Positions 39,176 through 53,125 of a stretch of DNA of 64,000 bases are shown piece after piece. The notes under the pieces were generated by a model. That model was not told the origin of the DNA and made no database searches. It was given only the letters and a program-made list of their open reading frames with translations. Source of the DNA: Octopus bimaculoides (lineage: Eukaryota); contig NC_068983.1 in NCBI RefSeq assembly GCF_001194135.2, forward strand, positions 65,968,044 to 66,032,043, read 5' to 3'. The number at the start of each line of letters is the position of its first letter. The first letter of the stretch is position 1. The translations under genes and the position numbers were made by a program.

Positions 39176-41645
39176 TGCGAATAATTGAATTCTTTAAGCA
39201 ACCTTACTGACAGTAGTATTTGCGATGTGATCGATTTAAGATCAATCATGTTACTATCACTAGACCCCTAAACCTTTGTTAGTATGAAGTTGTCACTAGG
39301 CCAAAACACTTCTAATCAATCATTTATACCTTATTGGCCCCTATCTGCAAATAGGGACAGTCATCCTGACATCTCCAGATCAATTACAATTCTTAAACAA
39401 GATATTTCACTTTAAACCAGATGTTTCGCTTTTTAACTATTCACTCTTCCAATGACTCTGTTTCTCTTAAGAAGAGATCTCTATCTTTCTAGTGATCATT
39501 CCTTGATATAAAAAAAAAACTTTAGTGTGTATCCTGAACTCATACATCGGAGTTTTCGGCTGTTTTTTCGAGCTGCCACAATCTGTAGGTATTTAAACGT
39601 TGGGTGAATAAGTATTTTTACACTGACCTCACTCATGACAAGCATCTAATGAACCAAAGGAGAGTGTGAACTGAGGTTAAATAACAACAACTGCAATTTA
39701 AGTGCAACGAATTGTATTCATCACTGGAGCATATAAGAAGGCAGTGGTTACTGTAACCATTGGTCATTCGTGACAGGCACTGTTACACAGTCCATCAGAG
39801 AGTTCTCTTTTAAAGTTCTTTAGCTATACTTTGATAGCATGACAGATCGAAATGAACTTTGACTTCTGAATTAGTCTCAAGCCAGTGAAGTGTATTTTTT
39901 TCTGCTTGTTTATAGTTGCGTTGGAGCGGTTAAAGATCAGTCATTTTATATTAAAGAAAAATACTGCAGTCCAGAGAAACACTTTTTTCCTCTCATCTCG
40001 ATACTTCCCAATAAATGTTGATAATGTTGTGCAGTGTTCCACAGAACAGTATATGAATGAAATATTGTGCTATTGAATTCGAATGCAGTAAAAAAAATTC
40101 GAGTGCAAGCAAACATTATTGCATAATACGAAATTATGTATCTACAAAGCATTCGTTCATTGGAATCTGCATTTAATAGTAAGATTTTAGCAGAGTATTT
40201 GTTTATTGTACTGGGGAAAGTTTTACCAAGCAACTGCACCAAAGAATTATGGTATTTGTATTTAACAACTCTTGCAATTTATGCTTTTTGAAAACAGTCA
40301 TTCCGATTCTACTCCTACATTTAGAACTACGTTGAATTGATACTTTCAAGTCGTACACATATTTCCATTGTAAGCATGTGCTGAGTGATGCTATATTTTG
40401 TTGTATAAGTTACTCAAACTACACAGAAACACACACACGTGTACACACACGTGTACACACACACACTAAAGTATGTAGTATGTATGACTATATATATATA
40501 TATGTGTGTGTGCAATGTGTAAGTGTATATGAATGTGTATACATAAGTGCTCATATATACATATGAATTTTTATGTATGTGTGTATATATATATATTATT
40601 AATTGACGATTCTCTGCCCTTATTCTTGTATATTTTATATTTGATATCTCTAAGTTAGATAGTTAAACCGTAAATCCCTCCTTTTCATAGTTAAACCGTA
40701 AATCCCTCCTTTTCATACGGGACTATTTGTGACGCACATGGAATAGATTTCTTTGAGGTGAGGTGCCTGAACTCGCTAGCCGATGAATTCGTAAGTGCCT
40801 TTCTTATCGTTGATTTTTGGTGTCGCATGGCCAAAAATTACCGTGAATTTTTTTAGAGACACTTTCAAATTTATCAGAATATTTGGGCTGAAGATTGGAA
40901 TAGTGAAATTTCCATTCACTTAACCATGAAACGATTCGTATCCAATTAACTAAAGGCTTAGTTTGTTTACGCTTTTCCNNNNNNNNNNNNNNNNNNNNNN
41001 NNNNNNNNNNNNNNNNNNNNNNNNNNNNNNNNNNNNNNNNNNNNNNNNNNNNNNNNNNNNNNNNNNNNNNNNNNNNNNNNNNNNNNNNNNNNNNNNNNNN
41101 NNNNNNNNNNNNNNNNNNNTATATATATATATATGTATATGTGCATACATGTATGTGCATATATCTATATTTATATTTGCACACACATACATATGTGTGT
41201 AAAGTGCGTATGCATGGAGTATTTATGATGTGGAATGGCCATGTATAGATGAATATGCTTATATTGTGTATATGCATACGTGTGCATATGTGTATAATAT
41301 TCCATAATATTCCCGTGTGTTTATATAGCACCTGCTCTGCTGCTGCTACTGCTGCTGCTACTGCTGCTGCTACTGCTGCTGATGCTAGTGCTACTGCTGC
41401 TACTGCTGCTACATTCTCTCGTCGCTTCGAGGAATAAGAGGCCGGCAAGTCAAAGCTAAAAAGCCATTGTTACTGGTCTTATGAAGGAAGTTTGATGGTG
41501 TTAGTGCTAGTCTCTTGGTTTGCTGAAGAATTTGCACCACCGGCAGGCAGAACCATTTCAGCATATCTCAACCCTACGTGATGTGCTTTAGCCTTAATAA
41601 ATTATAACTTTGGCTTTGACAAACGCGAATCAGCGAGAACACTCT

Positions 41646-41720
<75 letters not shown>

Positions 41721-42630
41721 TCTCTGGAAGAATTGTGCTATGATGAAACTTAGTAATGGATGAACTCAGCTTTAAATGTACAAAACCTGCTGTGCTGTAG
41801 GTTGCTACGATGCCATTGCACTTCATCAAGAGTTGAAAGTCTATGGCTTTTATACATATGTGTAATGTAATGGAGTAATGAAGACGTGAGATTGTTGTAT
41901 GATATAATACTCTATTGAAGAGTAATAATTTAACATTATATAACAGTACAGTGTTGTATAGTACAGCAACATATAGCTCAGTACAGTTTCCTAGAAACAA
42001 TGCAATGTAATACATTGTAACATAATGCATGATATACTGTATAGTGTAATGAGGTGTAGTGTTGTAGATACAAGACAGTAAACTTGAATAAAATGTGGTA
42101 TATTTCAAATCATTGTGGCACAATGTAGAGCAGAAAATCTATTGTAGTGTATTAAAGTGGAGTAGTGTACAGTGCCGTGAAATGTAGCTTAGCATAGTAT
42201 AGTGTCATGGAATATAATATTATGTATTGTTGCTTCTTAAAGAGAAATACATTGTAGTTTGCTGTAATACAGTATAATGTAATATCATACATTACGCTAT
42301 CGTGTTGTAGATTGTAGTATAGCATTATGTACATTTTAGTACAACATTGTGTATAATATTGTTACATTAAAAGATGCGCCAATGAACGCACGCACTATTT
42401 CACCTTCACTTGAGATTTATTATTATTAGTTAGTGGTTATTTTATCGATATATCCTTTTACCACACATTCTGTGACCTCTTCAATTATTATTTGCTCTTC
42501 TGTGTGTCACCACTTCTTTCTGGCCTTGTTCTGTTTACTCCATCTTGTCTCTCTATGTATCCTTGTCTACGCATACATTTACATCTCTGTGTGTGTGTAT
42601 GTGTGTGTGTGTGTGTGTGTNNNNNNNNNN

Positions 42631-42677
<47 letters not shown>

Positions 42678-42799
42678 GTATATGTAGGTGTGCTTTGTGT
42701 ACATGCATGTGGGTTTGTATATTGTATTATTTGAACCTGCGTCCCCTTTTTTTTCTTCCTGTGCTTTATTCTGTCTTTAGTAGTTAGGTTGCGGGGTGC

Positions 42800-43075
42800 A
42801 GGATATGCCCATCTCATTCGTGCTTTCTGTTGAGGATCGGCGTCCTTTCTATCGTTTGTGTGGCCTCCACAATTTGTCTGATTGTTGTGTAGATAGGATC
42901 TTAACCTCTATGTTATCAATCGAGCCCCCATGTTCTAAAGCACTAGCAACCTCTTTTTCCTTCTTGAATTCTCACCAATGTCATTTCATCCTCTCTCCTA
43001 TGTTATGGGCTGTCTCTGCAATATATGCCGTGTCATGCTTTTTGCACCGCCCCTCTATACATTTTATCCTATAGA
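42800..43075 (-). mobile_element. Penelope-like GIY-YIG endonuclease fragment
   Basis: AVYRIKCIEGRCKKHDTAYIAETAHNIGERMK*H..SALEH..IEVKIL..IVEA..I..PILNRKHE. Confidence 0.7.
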
Positions 43076-43886
43076 CTGCATTCCTAGTTTTGCAGTTTAC
43101 TTATAGGTTTACACTACACACTATATAGTTCCTATTTGTACAGAGGGATTTTCGAAAGAGTATGTCCAACTAATCCTGGGCCAGGAATCACGTCAAGAAT
43201 CTTGCAAAACAAATACATAAACGTATACAAAGAGTATAGTATAACGTGGTACATTTTAATATAATATAATGTCGAACTAGTATAATGTGGCCCTTTGTAA
43301 TGCAGTATTCTGTCATGTACATTTTAGAGAAATATGATTTAATGTAGCATACTCTAATATATAATGCAGTACATTGCAGTATCGTATAATACACTATAGT
43401 GTACTATGCTATTCTCTTCCTTCTTCCTCTTCTTCTTTTCCGACAGCGGTTGCTTCATTTTCTTCTCATCCAATACTAGATAAAGCTTGATTTAGCAAGA
43501 TCTGTGATCGATGGCATTCCTGCCGTGACTCTCGCGCCTTTTATCTACATATCCTTCTTCCAGTACAACATTGTCCAATCAATCCTATTTTTAAGATAGT
43601 GGAGCGTGATTTAAGGAGATACGATTGCTATTTCCCTTCGGTTGATCTGCTTCATAGATGCCCTCTAATTGACTTGTTTTTGTTGTTTTTGTTGTTATTG
43701 GTATCTCTGATGCTTCAATTGATATTGTTACACTTACATGTAATACAAATGGTTGCTCTTGTTTATCCCCCAAGTTAGCTCTGATCGAGTTGATCTATTA
43801 TAAAAGGAGCTACAGGCACGATCATGTCATCTTCCCTAATATATACGACTACTATTATACACTGCACGACTCCTTGGCGAAGAGTG

Positions 43887-44412
43887 GATGTGTGTGTGTG
43901 TGTGTGTGTGTGCGTGTCTGTCTGTCTGTGTCTGTGTCTGTGTCTGTCTGTGTCTGTGNNNNNNNNNNTCTGTGTCTGTGTCTGTGTCTGTCTGTGTCTG
44001 TGTCTGTCTGTGTCTGTCTGTGTGTGTGTCTGTCTGTCTGTCTGTGTCCGTATCTGTGTGTGTGTGTCTGTCTGTCTGTCTGTGTCTGTATCTGTGTGTG
44101 TGTGTGTGTCTGTCTGTCTGTGTCTGTATCTGTGTGTGCGTGTGTCTGTCTGTCTGTGTCTGTATCTGTGTGTGTCTGTCTGTGTCTGTGTCTGTGTCTG
44201 TCTGTGTCTGTCTGTGTCTGTCTGTGTGTGTGTCTGTCTGTCTGTCTGTGTCCGTATCTGTGTGTGTGTGTGTGTCTGTCTGTCTGTGTCTGTATCTGTG
44301 TGTGTGTGTGTGTGTCTGTCTGTCTGTGTCTGTGTCTGTGTCTGTGTCTGTGTCTGTGTCTGTCTGTGTCTGTGTCTGTCTGTGTCTGTGTCTGTCTGTG
44401 TCTGTGTCTGTG
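43887..44412. repeat. Complex GT/CT satellite with higher-order internal duplication
   Basis: Blocks such as TCTGTGTCCGTATCTGTGTGTGTGTG recur near 44041 and 44245. Confidence 0.9.
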
Positions 44413-44881
44413 TGGTATGTTTTACCACAATCTCAAGTCAACCAAAGCGTTGTGAATAAAATTTAGAAGACTGGAACTGAGGGAGCTGGACGAAAGAACC
44501 ATTCCTGTGTTTTAGGGTGAAAGACTTAACTCATCCTACTGGTTTCATGCCACTACATGGCTTTTCGGTGCTTTTAACGCGGTCCACTCTGTCGCAAACA
44601 GGTCTCCAGTCTGATGATAACTTCCTTCTTTTCTCCTACCAATATTGAATCCTCTGAAAAGAAGTCAGAGGATCTACCCTTCCTCCCGTGACTAAATAAT
44701 GGAAGACTCTAGAAAAAAACTGCACCAATATTCCCTTTCTTCAATATGGCTATATATTGCTACAGTCTCTGAATTCTTTGTTTATTTAAGGTATGCAAGA
44801 GTGTGAGCTTGAGAACGTTGATTGCTGTTTCTGACAATGTTGGTGGTGTGATTGCACAGAGACTCTTTCGCTGGTTCTCAA

Positions 44882-45469
<588 letters not shown>

Positions 45470-45470
<1 letters not shown>

Positions 45471-45740
45471 TAATAATACCTTTATTGGCCACAAGGGCCG
45501 AACACAAAACAAAAAGGGACAATACAATACTAAGGGCAAGTGGGGTGTTGAACAATGCTGTGTATACAATAAGTATCAAAAATAAATAACAAAACAATAA
45601 AGCAACAAAAATTCTCCAAAAGGTGGGAGTTCTTCACAGGGACAACCGCAGAACCACACAAAACCTGGTTATCCCGACCGCCAGATGCACCTCAGCTGGC
45701 GCCTCTCTCTTTCTCAATTCCTCGAAAGTTCAGAGTTTAC
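45470..45740 (-). mobile_element. Probable LINE 3' UTR fragment
   Basis: Minus strand ends GGCCAATAAAGG-(TAT)n, a polyA signal plus simple-repeat tail; clade not determined. Confidence 0.35.
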
Positions 45741-45764
45741 TGATTATTATTATTATTATTATTA

Positions 45765-45824
<60 letters not shown>

Positions 45825-45826
<2 letters not shown>

Positions 45827-46361
45827 GAGTGAGAGAGCAGTGCATGCCATCAAAGTGACTCTGGGGTACAAATATACGAAGCCCAGTATACCCATCATGA
45901 TTACCCGTCTGATAAGGGTACACCAGGCACATGCATCACAACCATATGTGCACGACATGGTGATCTCAAATCAAGATAAACAGCGCATGACCTCGCAGGT
46001 GGGGCCCAGTTAGAATTTTCTTCAGGTTGAGTAGCCCATCCCGCTCAAAAGGTCCCTGAATAAGGTTTGTTTAAGGATGTTGAGCAAAACACCCATGTTT
46101 CCAAAGGTGAATTATTCAAACCTCAAAGAACTCCTCTCAACACACGGCTATGATGTTCCCCAACTACTTCTGCTCGTGATCAGAGATGCACATATCGTCA
46201 GCCAAGGGACATACTCAACTGGTTAAGGTCAAACAACTGACAAGTAAATCTGTGGTATTAAGTAGAATATTTTCTGTAACCCAACTTTTATACCAAGACA
46301 AAACAACGTACATGATAACACTTCCAATCAATTAAGATCAGAAACCATGAGAGCCACTACC

Positions 46362-46362
<1 letters not shown>
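45825..46362 (-). repeat. Unclassified ~540-bp retroposon-like segment with (AAT)n tail
   Basis: GC-richer non-coding block bounded by (ATT)n arrays; no A/B boxes seen; single copy in this window. Confidence 0.45.
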
Positions 46363-46428
<66 letters not shown>

Positions 46429-46441
46429 GTTATTATTATTA

Positions 46442-46660
46442 AGGCAGTGAGCTGGAAGAATCGTTAGCAAACCGGGCAAAATGGTTAGCGGTATTTCGCT
46501 CGTCGTTACGTCCCGTGTTCAAATTCCACCGAGGTCGATTTTGACTTCCATTCTTTCGGGATCGATAAATTAAGTATCAGTGAAACACTGCGGTCGATGT
46601 AATCGACTAATCCCCTACTCCAAAATTCCAGGCCTTGTGCCCTTAGTAGAAAGGATTATT
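46442..46660 (+). mobile_element. SINE family A
   Basis: Full-length match. Confidence 0.85.
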
Positions 46661-46680
46661 ACTCTTATTATTATATAAAC

Positions 46681-46891
46681 GCAGAAAGCTGGTAGAATCA
46701 GCATACAGGACAAAATGCTTAGCACTATTTCTTCCGACTGTACGTTCTGAGCTCAAATTTCGCCAAGGTCGACTTTGCTCGTCATCCTTTCGAGGTTGAT
46801 GACCTCATAAGTATCAGTTAAGTATGGGTTTCGATAACAGCGAATAGCCCCTCAGTAACTATTTCAAGTCTTGTGCCAATTGTAGGAAGGC
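46681..46891 (+). mobile_element. SINE family A
   Basis: Full-length match, more diverged. Confidence 0.8.
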
Positions 46892-46914
46892 TAATGAAAT
46901 TAATAATAATCATA

Positions 46915-47131
46915 ATCTTTTCTACTGTAGGTACGAGGCCTGAAATATTGAGGGAAGAGGTAACTCGATTTCATCGACCCCAGTACACATCTGGTACTTA
47001 TTTTATGGAGCCCGAAAGGATGAAAGGCAAAGTCGACCTCGGCGGAATGTGAACTCAGAACGTAACGACGGCCGAAATGCCGCTAAGCATTTCGTCCGGT
47101 GCGCTAACGATTCTGCCAGCTTGCCGCCTTA
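46915..47131 (-). mobile_element. SINE family A, well preserved
   Basis: Full-length reverse match followed by an (AAT)n tract. Confidence 0.9.
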
Positions 47132-47145
47132 ATAACAACAACAAA

Positions 47146-47207
<62 letters not shown>

Positions 47208-47340
47208 TAATAATAATCAGTAGTAGTAGTGGTGGTGGTGGTGGTGGTGGTGGTGGTGGTGGTGGTACTAGTGGTGGTTGTGGTGGTGGTGGTGGTGGTA
47301 GTAGTGGTATAACGGTTGATTTTTTGTTTTGTTTTTTTAT

Positions 47341-47520
47341 AAAAAGCCAGCGATTTTAAGGGAAGGGAATTAGTCAATAGCACCAACCACAGTACTTGAC
47401 TCATACTTTATCAACTTCGTTAAAGATCAAAGAAGTTGGCCCAGGCGGGATTTAAACTCATAAAGTGTCAGTAGAAAGGTATTTTGCCCATCATCCTAAC
47501 GATTCTGCCAATCTATCACC
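47341..47520 (-). mobile_element. SINE family A, degenerate
   Basis: CTAACGATTCTGCCA head and diverged core. Confidence 0.6.
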
Positions 47521-47900
47521 TTTTGTCAGTCCACCATGATGATAATGAGGTGATGAGTTGGAAGAGGGGAGGGAGAATGTTAATACGCTGGAAGATGATT
47601 GCGATGAGAGCGGCGAAAATAATGGTGAAGATGGCGATGGTATCACACAGAAGCGCAAGAACGTTCGATAAAGCAACGAAATCGGATTTTCACTGCTCAC
47701 TTTTGCCTTTTTTTCTTTTTCCGGTAATTAGATTTCATCTGAATGGCTGAAATATTGTCTTTGCAGTTAATCTCTCAATCTCTTCTTTTTCCGTTCTGTT
47801 TTCTGTTTTTTAACTTCCCATCTAAACTTGGCAGAAAAAGTAGTAAAGTGTTGTAGCAATGTTGTGGTAAATGATAAACGCTATAACGTTTACTCTCTTT

Positions 47901-48018
<118 letters not shown>

Positions 48019-48868
48019 ATCTATCTCTCTCTCTCTCTCTCTCTCTTACTCTCTTTCTCTTTCCTTTTCTCTCATTCTATACATCTTTGTCTTTCTTTCG
48101 TTCTTTCTTTCTTTTCTCTCACCCGCTTGCTAGCACCGTGGAGCAAGCTTCCGGCAGTTAAAGATTGCCACAGTTTTGCTTCTCGGCCATAACCATTTCA
48201 TTTCACCTTGATAGATATTCTTCTTCTGCGGATGTCAACTTTATACTATTTCATCCTTTACTTACTTTAAAATGTACGCTATGTATTATACCCCTATATC
48301 TTATACTAAGGAAGGGTGAGATAATTGACACTTCTTTCTCAATAGATAGATAGATAGATACATACATACATACATACATACATACATACATACAAACATA
48401 CATACATACATACATACATACATACATACATACATACATACATACATAGACATATTTTACAAAAGCCTGCACTAACTACCTCAACCTTAAAAACAAAAAT
48501 TATATGGGATACCTTTATGCAGATAGGTACATACTGATTAACTGGAAAGCATAATACCGGATACAAAACATTCTTTTTTATCTCTTCTATATTTTTTGTT
48601 ATATTTCTTAACATTCTTTCTTCAGTACATTTTATTTCTTGTCTCTCTTACAATATTCGACAAACCTTTATGTTTATGACCTTAGGTAGACTTGTCTTTT
48701 GCTCATTCAGTCGCTGTCTTTATTTTATATCGATTGCGAATTCAGGTATACAGACTGAGTGTTTATGAACATCCAGTCATTATATAGCATAATATCCTCA
48801 CCCATACTCTTTGCTTTAAAATTTGATCTATATTCTTATCTCAATTTACTATGCATGAGGATAATATA

Positions 48869-49722
48869 TTGGGTTGTCCGGAAATTTCGTGCCGATTTTT
48901 TAAGGAAAGAAAAAGGTCAATTACATTTTTGATCAACCAAATATGAACCATATTGTTGCACAATGCGTATCCATCTTTCCTTTTACTTGAAAATATCCTC
49001 TTCCCAGAACTGAGGTGGTTTCATGGCAAAGAATTCATCAAGGTATCTTTTTACGTCATCCAAGGAATTGAAATTTTTACCATTAAGACTATTCTGCAGA
49101 GACCTGAATAAGTGGAGATCCGAAGGAGCAATATCTGGTGAATACGGAAGGTGGGGTAACACATCCCACCAGACACAAAGCAAGACTTTTTTAGGGTGAA
49201 GACCCGCTTTTGGGGTGGCTAAGGGTGGCTCATGTCGCTTACTCCAGGATCACTTTCTCTGAACATTTCTGTAGATAATTCATTTCTCATCACCTGTCAC
49301 AATTTGCTTTAAAGAAGGCGCGTTTTCATTCCCTTTATATAGCGAATCGCAGATGGAAATGCGATCCAAAAGGTTCTTCTCACTCAACTTATGTGGTACC
49401 CAAATATCGTAGCGATTTGTGTACCCAAGCTTTACCAGGTGCTCATGAACGACGGATTTTGATAGGTTGAGGCTTTCTGCCAATTTTCGGTTTGTGCAAT
49501 GTGGGTTATTCTCAATTAATGACTTGATTTGGTCATCATTTGATGTGGATGGTCTGCCTGATCGCTCTTTATTAATAAGGCTACAATCTCCAACTCGGAA
49601 CCTTGCGAACCACTTCCGTACAGTTCTTTTGGATAAAGAAACATCACCGAAAACTGCGCATATTTCTTTGGTTGCTTGTGAAGCAATTTTCCCATTACCG
49701 AAAAAGAAAAGCATCAAGTGCC
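48869..49722 (-). mobile_element. Mariner (DD34D type) transposon, internally deleted; 5' end lost in an N-gap
   Basis: TA|TTGGGTTGTCCGGAAAT TIR; HTH region, RSGRP, WVPHKL, IVTGDEK, LHPKKVLLCVWWD fused to VLPHLPYSPDIAPSDLHLFRSL; stops present. Confidence 0.92.
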
Positions 49723-49840
49723 NNNNNNNNNNNNNNNNNNNNNNNNNNNNNNNNNNNNNNNNNNNNNNNNNNNNNNNNNNNNNNNNNNNNNNNNNNNNNN
49801 NNNNNNNNNNNNNNNNNNNNNNNNNNNNNNNNNNNNNNNN

Positions 49841-50011
49841 AATTCAAAGGGTCAGCCTTGTCACACTGTGTCACGCTGAATATCCATGAACTATGTTAAG
49901 GATACACGTGTCTGTGGAGTGCTCAGCCACTTGCACGTTAATTTCACGAGCAGGCTGTTCGTTGATCGGATCAACTGGAACCCTCGACGTCGTAAGCGAC
50001 GGAGTGCCAAC

Positions 50012-50025
<14 letters not shown>
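49841..50025 (+). mobile_element. SINE family B, 3' half
   Basis: Matches the family B body and (AAC)n tail; 5' half in the gap. Confidence 0.85.
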
Positions 50026-50065
<40 letters not shown>

Positions 50066-50189
50066 AAATGGGACGAGAACGCAAAACATCCAGACAGTTA
50101 GGTGATACAAGAAAGGGACAACAAAACATCCAGATAGACAATATATATGGTGGCGTGAAGTAGATTCAGTAAAGCAGTAAAGTAAACCG

Positions 50190-50825
50190 GTAATCATGTT
50201 CTATGGACATGATTGTGTTTTTTGTTGTCTACTGGTGCTTTGCAAATCTTTTGGCAAAGGGAACAAATTGTGGCCTCAGTTTGCTCGAGTTCTTGTGGAT
50301 TATTTACTATGTGTTTTCTTGAGTGGACGGCTTGTTTTGCTTCGTGCCACAAAACTACAATGACAGATAAAGTTTCTATTTAGAGGGGCAGCTTTTTGCC
50401 AGCGTGCTTTCATGCTTGCACGAAGTTGGTCCTGATGTTGGAGTCGACTTTGCTCAAATCTTTGAACTGAGAAGTAGGACTGGCGCCAGGTCCTGCGTTC
50501 TTATGCCTTGTTTTTCCAGGAAGAAAAGGGAATGTTGCATCATTTCAGGTTATCGTTTTGTTTGTCATTTGAAGCGCAAAAGTGACCTTCTAACTCGACT
50601 TCCTGTTGGGAATTGGCCCAAAAGAAGTTGCTACGGAATTCTGATATCACTCATACATGACCATCTAAGTTGTATTTTGATATGTTGCATTTTGTTAGAA
50701 CCCCTTTGTTTCGAATATGGTCGTTCGTTTTGTATTGGAGATAGTACGCAAGCCTCGCATATGAAAAGCGTCAAGCTGGTTGATGTGCTTTCGGTACAGG
50801 GTCCAAGATTCAGTACGATAAAGCA
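50190..50825 (-). mobile_element. RTE-BovB-like LINE 3' fragment
   Basis: ESWTLYRKHINQLDAFHMRGLR; LRWS..IRIP*QLLLGQFPTGSRVRR..LRFK; CNI..SW..ERRTWRQ..FEQSRL..FICHCSFVARSK. Confidence 0.8.
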
Positions 50826-50848
50826 TAAATACGTGTGTGTGTGTGTAT

Positions 50849-50890
<42 letters not shown>

Positions 50891-51840
50891 GTACTATGAC
50901 ATTAAAAAAATTATCTCTTTTTTTACAGTACAAGCCCTAACGGTTGAGAATTAATTCGACATAATAGTTTTATAGAACAGAATTCATAGACTCCATGTTT
51001 GATGAAGCAACAGGACTCAAAGCCTCATTTAAAACTAAGTCAGTTTAATTTCGTTCTCAGATCAAATCACATCGTGGCGTGCTTAAACTTAATATTTTCC
51101 GTCTGCAATAGGATAAGTTCCTGCAATAGATTCTGTTTATTGTGTTCTTTAAAATTAATTTTTACGTCTAGTCAAAAGAAATCATTATTTAGCATTGTGT
51201 CTCCATATTTCAAATTTGGAATAGGTGCGGACCTCGTCTTTCATCTGTCTCCAGTATCGATAAAATAGATATAGACGTCGACCCAATTGACCAATCGACT
51301 ATAAATCACAAATCCCTGTGCTTCCTCACCAGCAATCAAAGATATAGTCAAAGTTATTTCTAAAATTTTAGTATTATTACATTCTTCTACTCTTACCAGA
51401 AGGTGGAATTGACCAGGAACATAGTTCAGCGAAATTAATCCGTCTTCCCAATTTTGAAAAATCAACTAACACTGAAGTATATTAATAAACATGTAATTAT
51501 AACTTCAAGTAATTTCCGTGCATTTTTCTGCGTCCCTTTCTCTCCACTAACTCTCTATCTCACACATACATACACAAACATGCACATTGTTATATGTGTA
51601 ATTGTCTCGACCCATCTAGCATTGATCCCTCGCGGGTGGGATACTTAACTGGTTTAGGAGTATCCGTCGGTGTAGATGTGTCTCTTCAGGTTATTAAGAT
51701 GTATCTCGTTAAAATAATGACTGTTCCCCAAGATATCTTCTCGGTTTGTGCATAGAAAAGCAGCAAATTAAGAGATACAGTTTCATTTTTATAGAAGATC
51801 AGTAATAAATAACATGCAAAAAGAAACAAATACACAATTC

Positions 51841-52060
51841 TTTTCTACTCTAGGCATAAGGCCGAAATTTTGGGGGAGTAGGGTCAGTTGATTAGATCGA
51901 CCCCAGTATACAACTGGTACTTAATTTATCGACCCCGAAAGGCAAAGTCGACTGCGGCGGAATTTGAACTCAGAACAGAGTTTGAACGCTGTAAAAACAG
52001 ACGAAATACAGGTAGGAATTTCGCCCGGTGCGTTAACGTTTCCGCTAACACGCCGTCTTA
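51841..52060 (-). mobile_element. SINE family A
   Basis: Full-length reverse match with a small internal duplication. Confidence 0.85.
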
Positions 52061-52091
52061 TAGCGTAAAAGTGTTAACTATATATGAAGTG

Positions 52092-52382
52092 AGGACGTAT
52101 GGCTTAGTGATTAGGGTGTTGAGATCGCTAGAACGTGGTTTCAATTCCTAGACCGGGTGGTGCGTTATGTTCTTCAGCAAAACACTTCATTTTCTGTTGC
52201 TCTACGATCACTTCGACACCTAACGCGTGCTACACCGTGAATTGTTCATGCAACGTCACTTTGATGGAGAGTGTGAGCCAATGGACAGCACATACATTTG
52301 ATCACTGTAGACAAATAATTTGTGCAGATCGTTCAGCAAAACCTGAACACTCATACATCGTCTTCAACGGGCGAGTCCAACA
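52092..52382 (+). mobile_element. tRNA-derived SINE, family F
   Basis: TGGCTTAGTGATTAGGG A-box region, GGTTTCAATTCC B-box-like motif, GTTCTTCAGCAAAACACTTCATTT body. Confidence 0.55.
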
Positions 52383-52699
52383 TATATGAAGTCAATATTC
52401 TCTAAATTACATTTCATTTTCAAAATTTAATAGAATCTACAAACAGATTTTTTTCCTTCTTTCTTTCTTTTTTTAATTTAATTTAATTTTATTTATTTAT
52501 TTATTTATTTATTTGTAAACACTTCAGACAAATATATTTCTGGTCGAGGCACTGGTGATAACACGAACTAATGAAATCGCAAACACCAAGAAACGTTTCG
52601 TTCAGTATTTATTTGTGCGCGTTCTCATTCAACGGCTGCAGCTCATTTTGTCGACTGTTACTGTTTTTTACCGTGAAATTTAACTTTTAAGTATCCCCA

Positions 52700-53125
52700 T
52701 GAAAAACGTTCGGGGGTTTGAGGTCCACATCTTCTATACATCGTGCCATGTACCGCTAACAAATCTCCTCCACTCCTCGGTTTGGACCATCTCCACACAG
52801 AGCATGGACTATTCTTCAAAGTGTGATAAATGTTTGATTTTGAAATTCGTGTCTCACAATTCGATTGCCACCCAGATGGTCTTCAACTCTATCAATTCAT
52901 TTTTAGTATCTTTGCTTTGTGGATCCCGTCGATATCTGCAGTTTTCTGCAACGTTTCTTGTGAACATTCTGAATAGTATCAACTTCTTCAAACTTATTTT
53001 TATTTCGAATAATGATAAGCCGCTTAAGTGGATGCTTCCTTTTAAAGTGTCTTTGCACTTCGACTACATTATCAAACTATTGGTGGAACTTTAGAGCGAA
53101 TTTCCTTTGTGTAGAACTTAGCCTA
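52700..53125 (-). mobile_element. Tc1/mariner (rosa/maT-like) transposase N-terminal relic
   Basis: QRKFALKF..NVVEVQRHFKR..KFEE..TIQNVHKKR..ETRISKSNIYHTLK resembles the N-terminal HTH of this group. Confidence 0.55.

Noticed and set aside
41330-41620. Poly-Ala ORF and adjacent GC-richer unique sequence
   Set aside because: The (GCT/ACT)n microsatellite explains the ORF; no convincing splice sites.
51643-51670. ATACTTAACTGG resembling the U1 snRNA 5' end within a small hairpin
   Set aside because: Similarity stops after 12 nt; no U1 stem-loops or Sm site follow.
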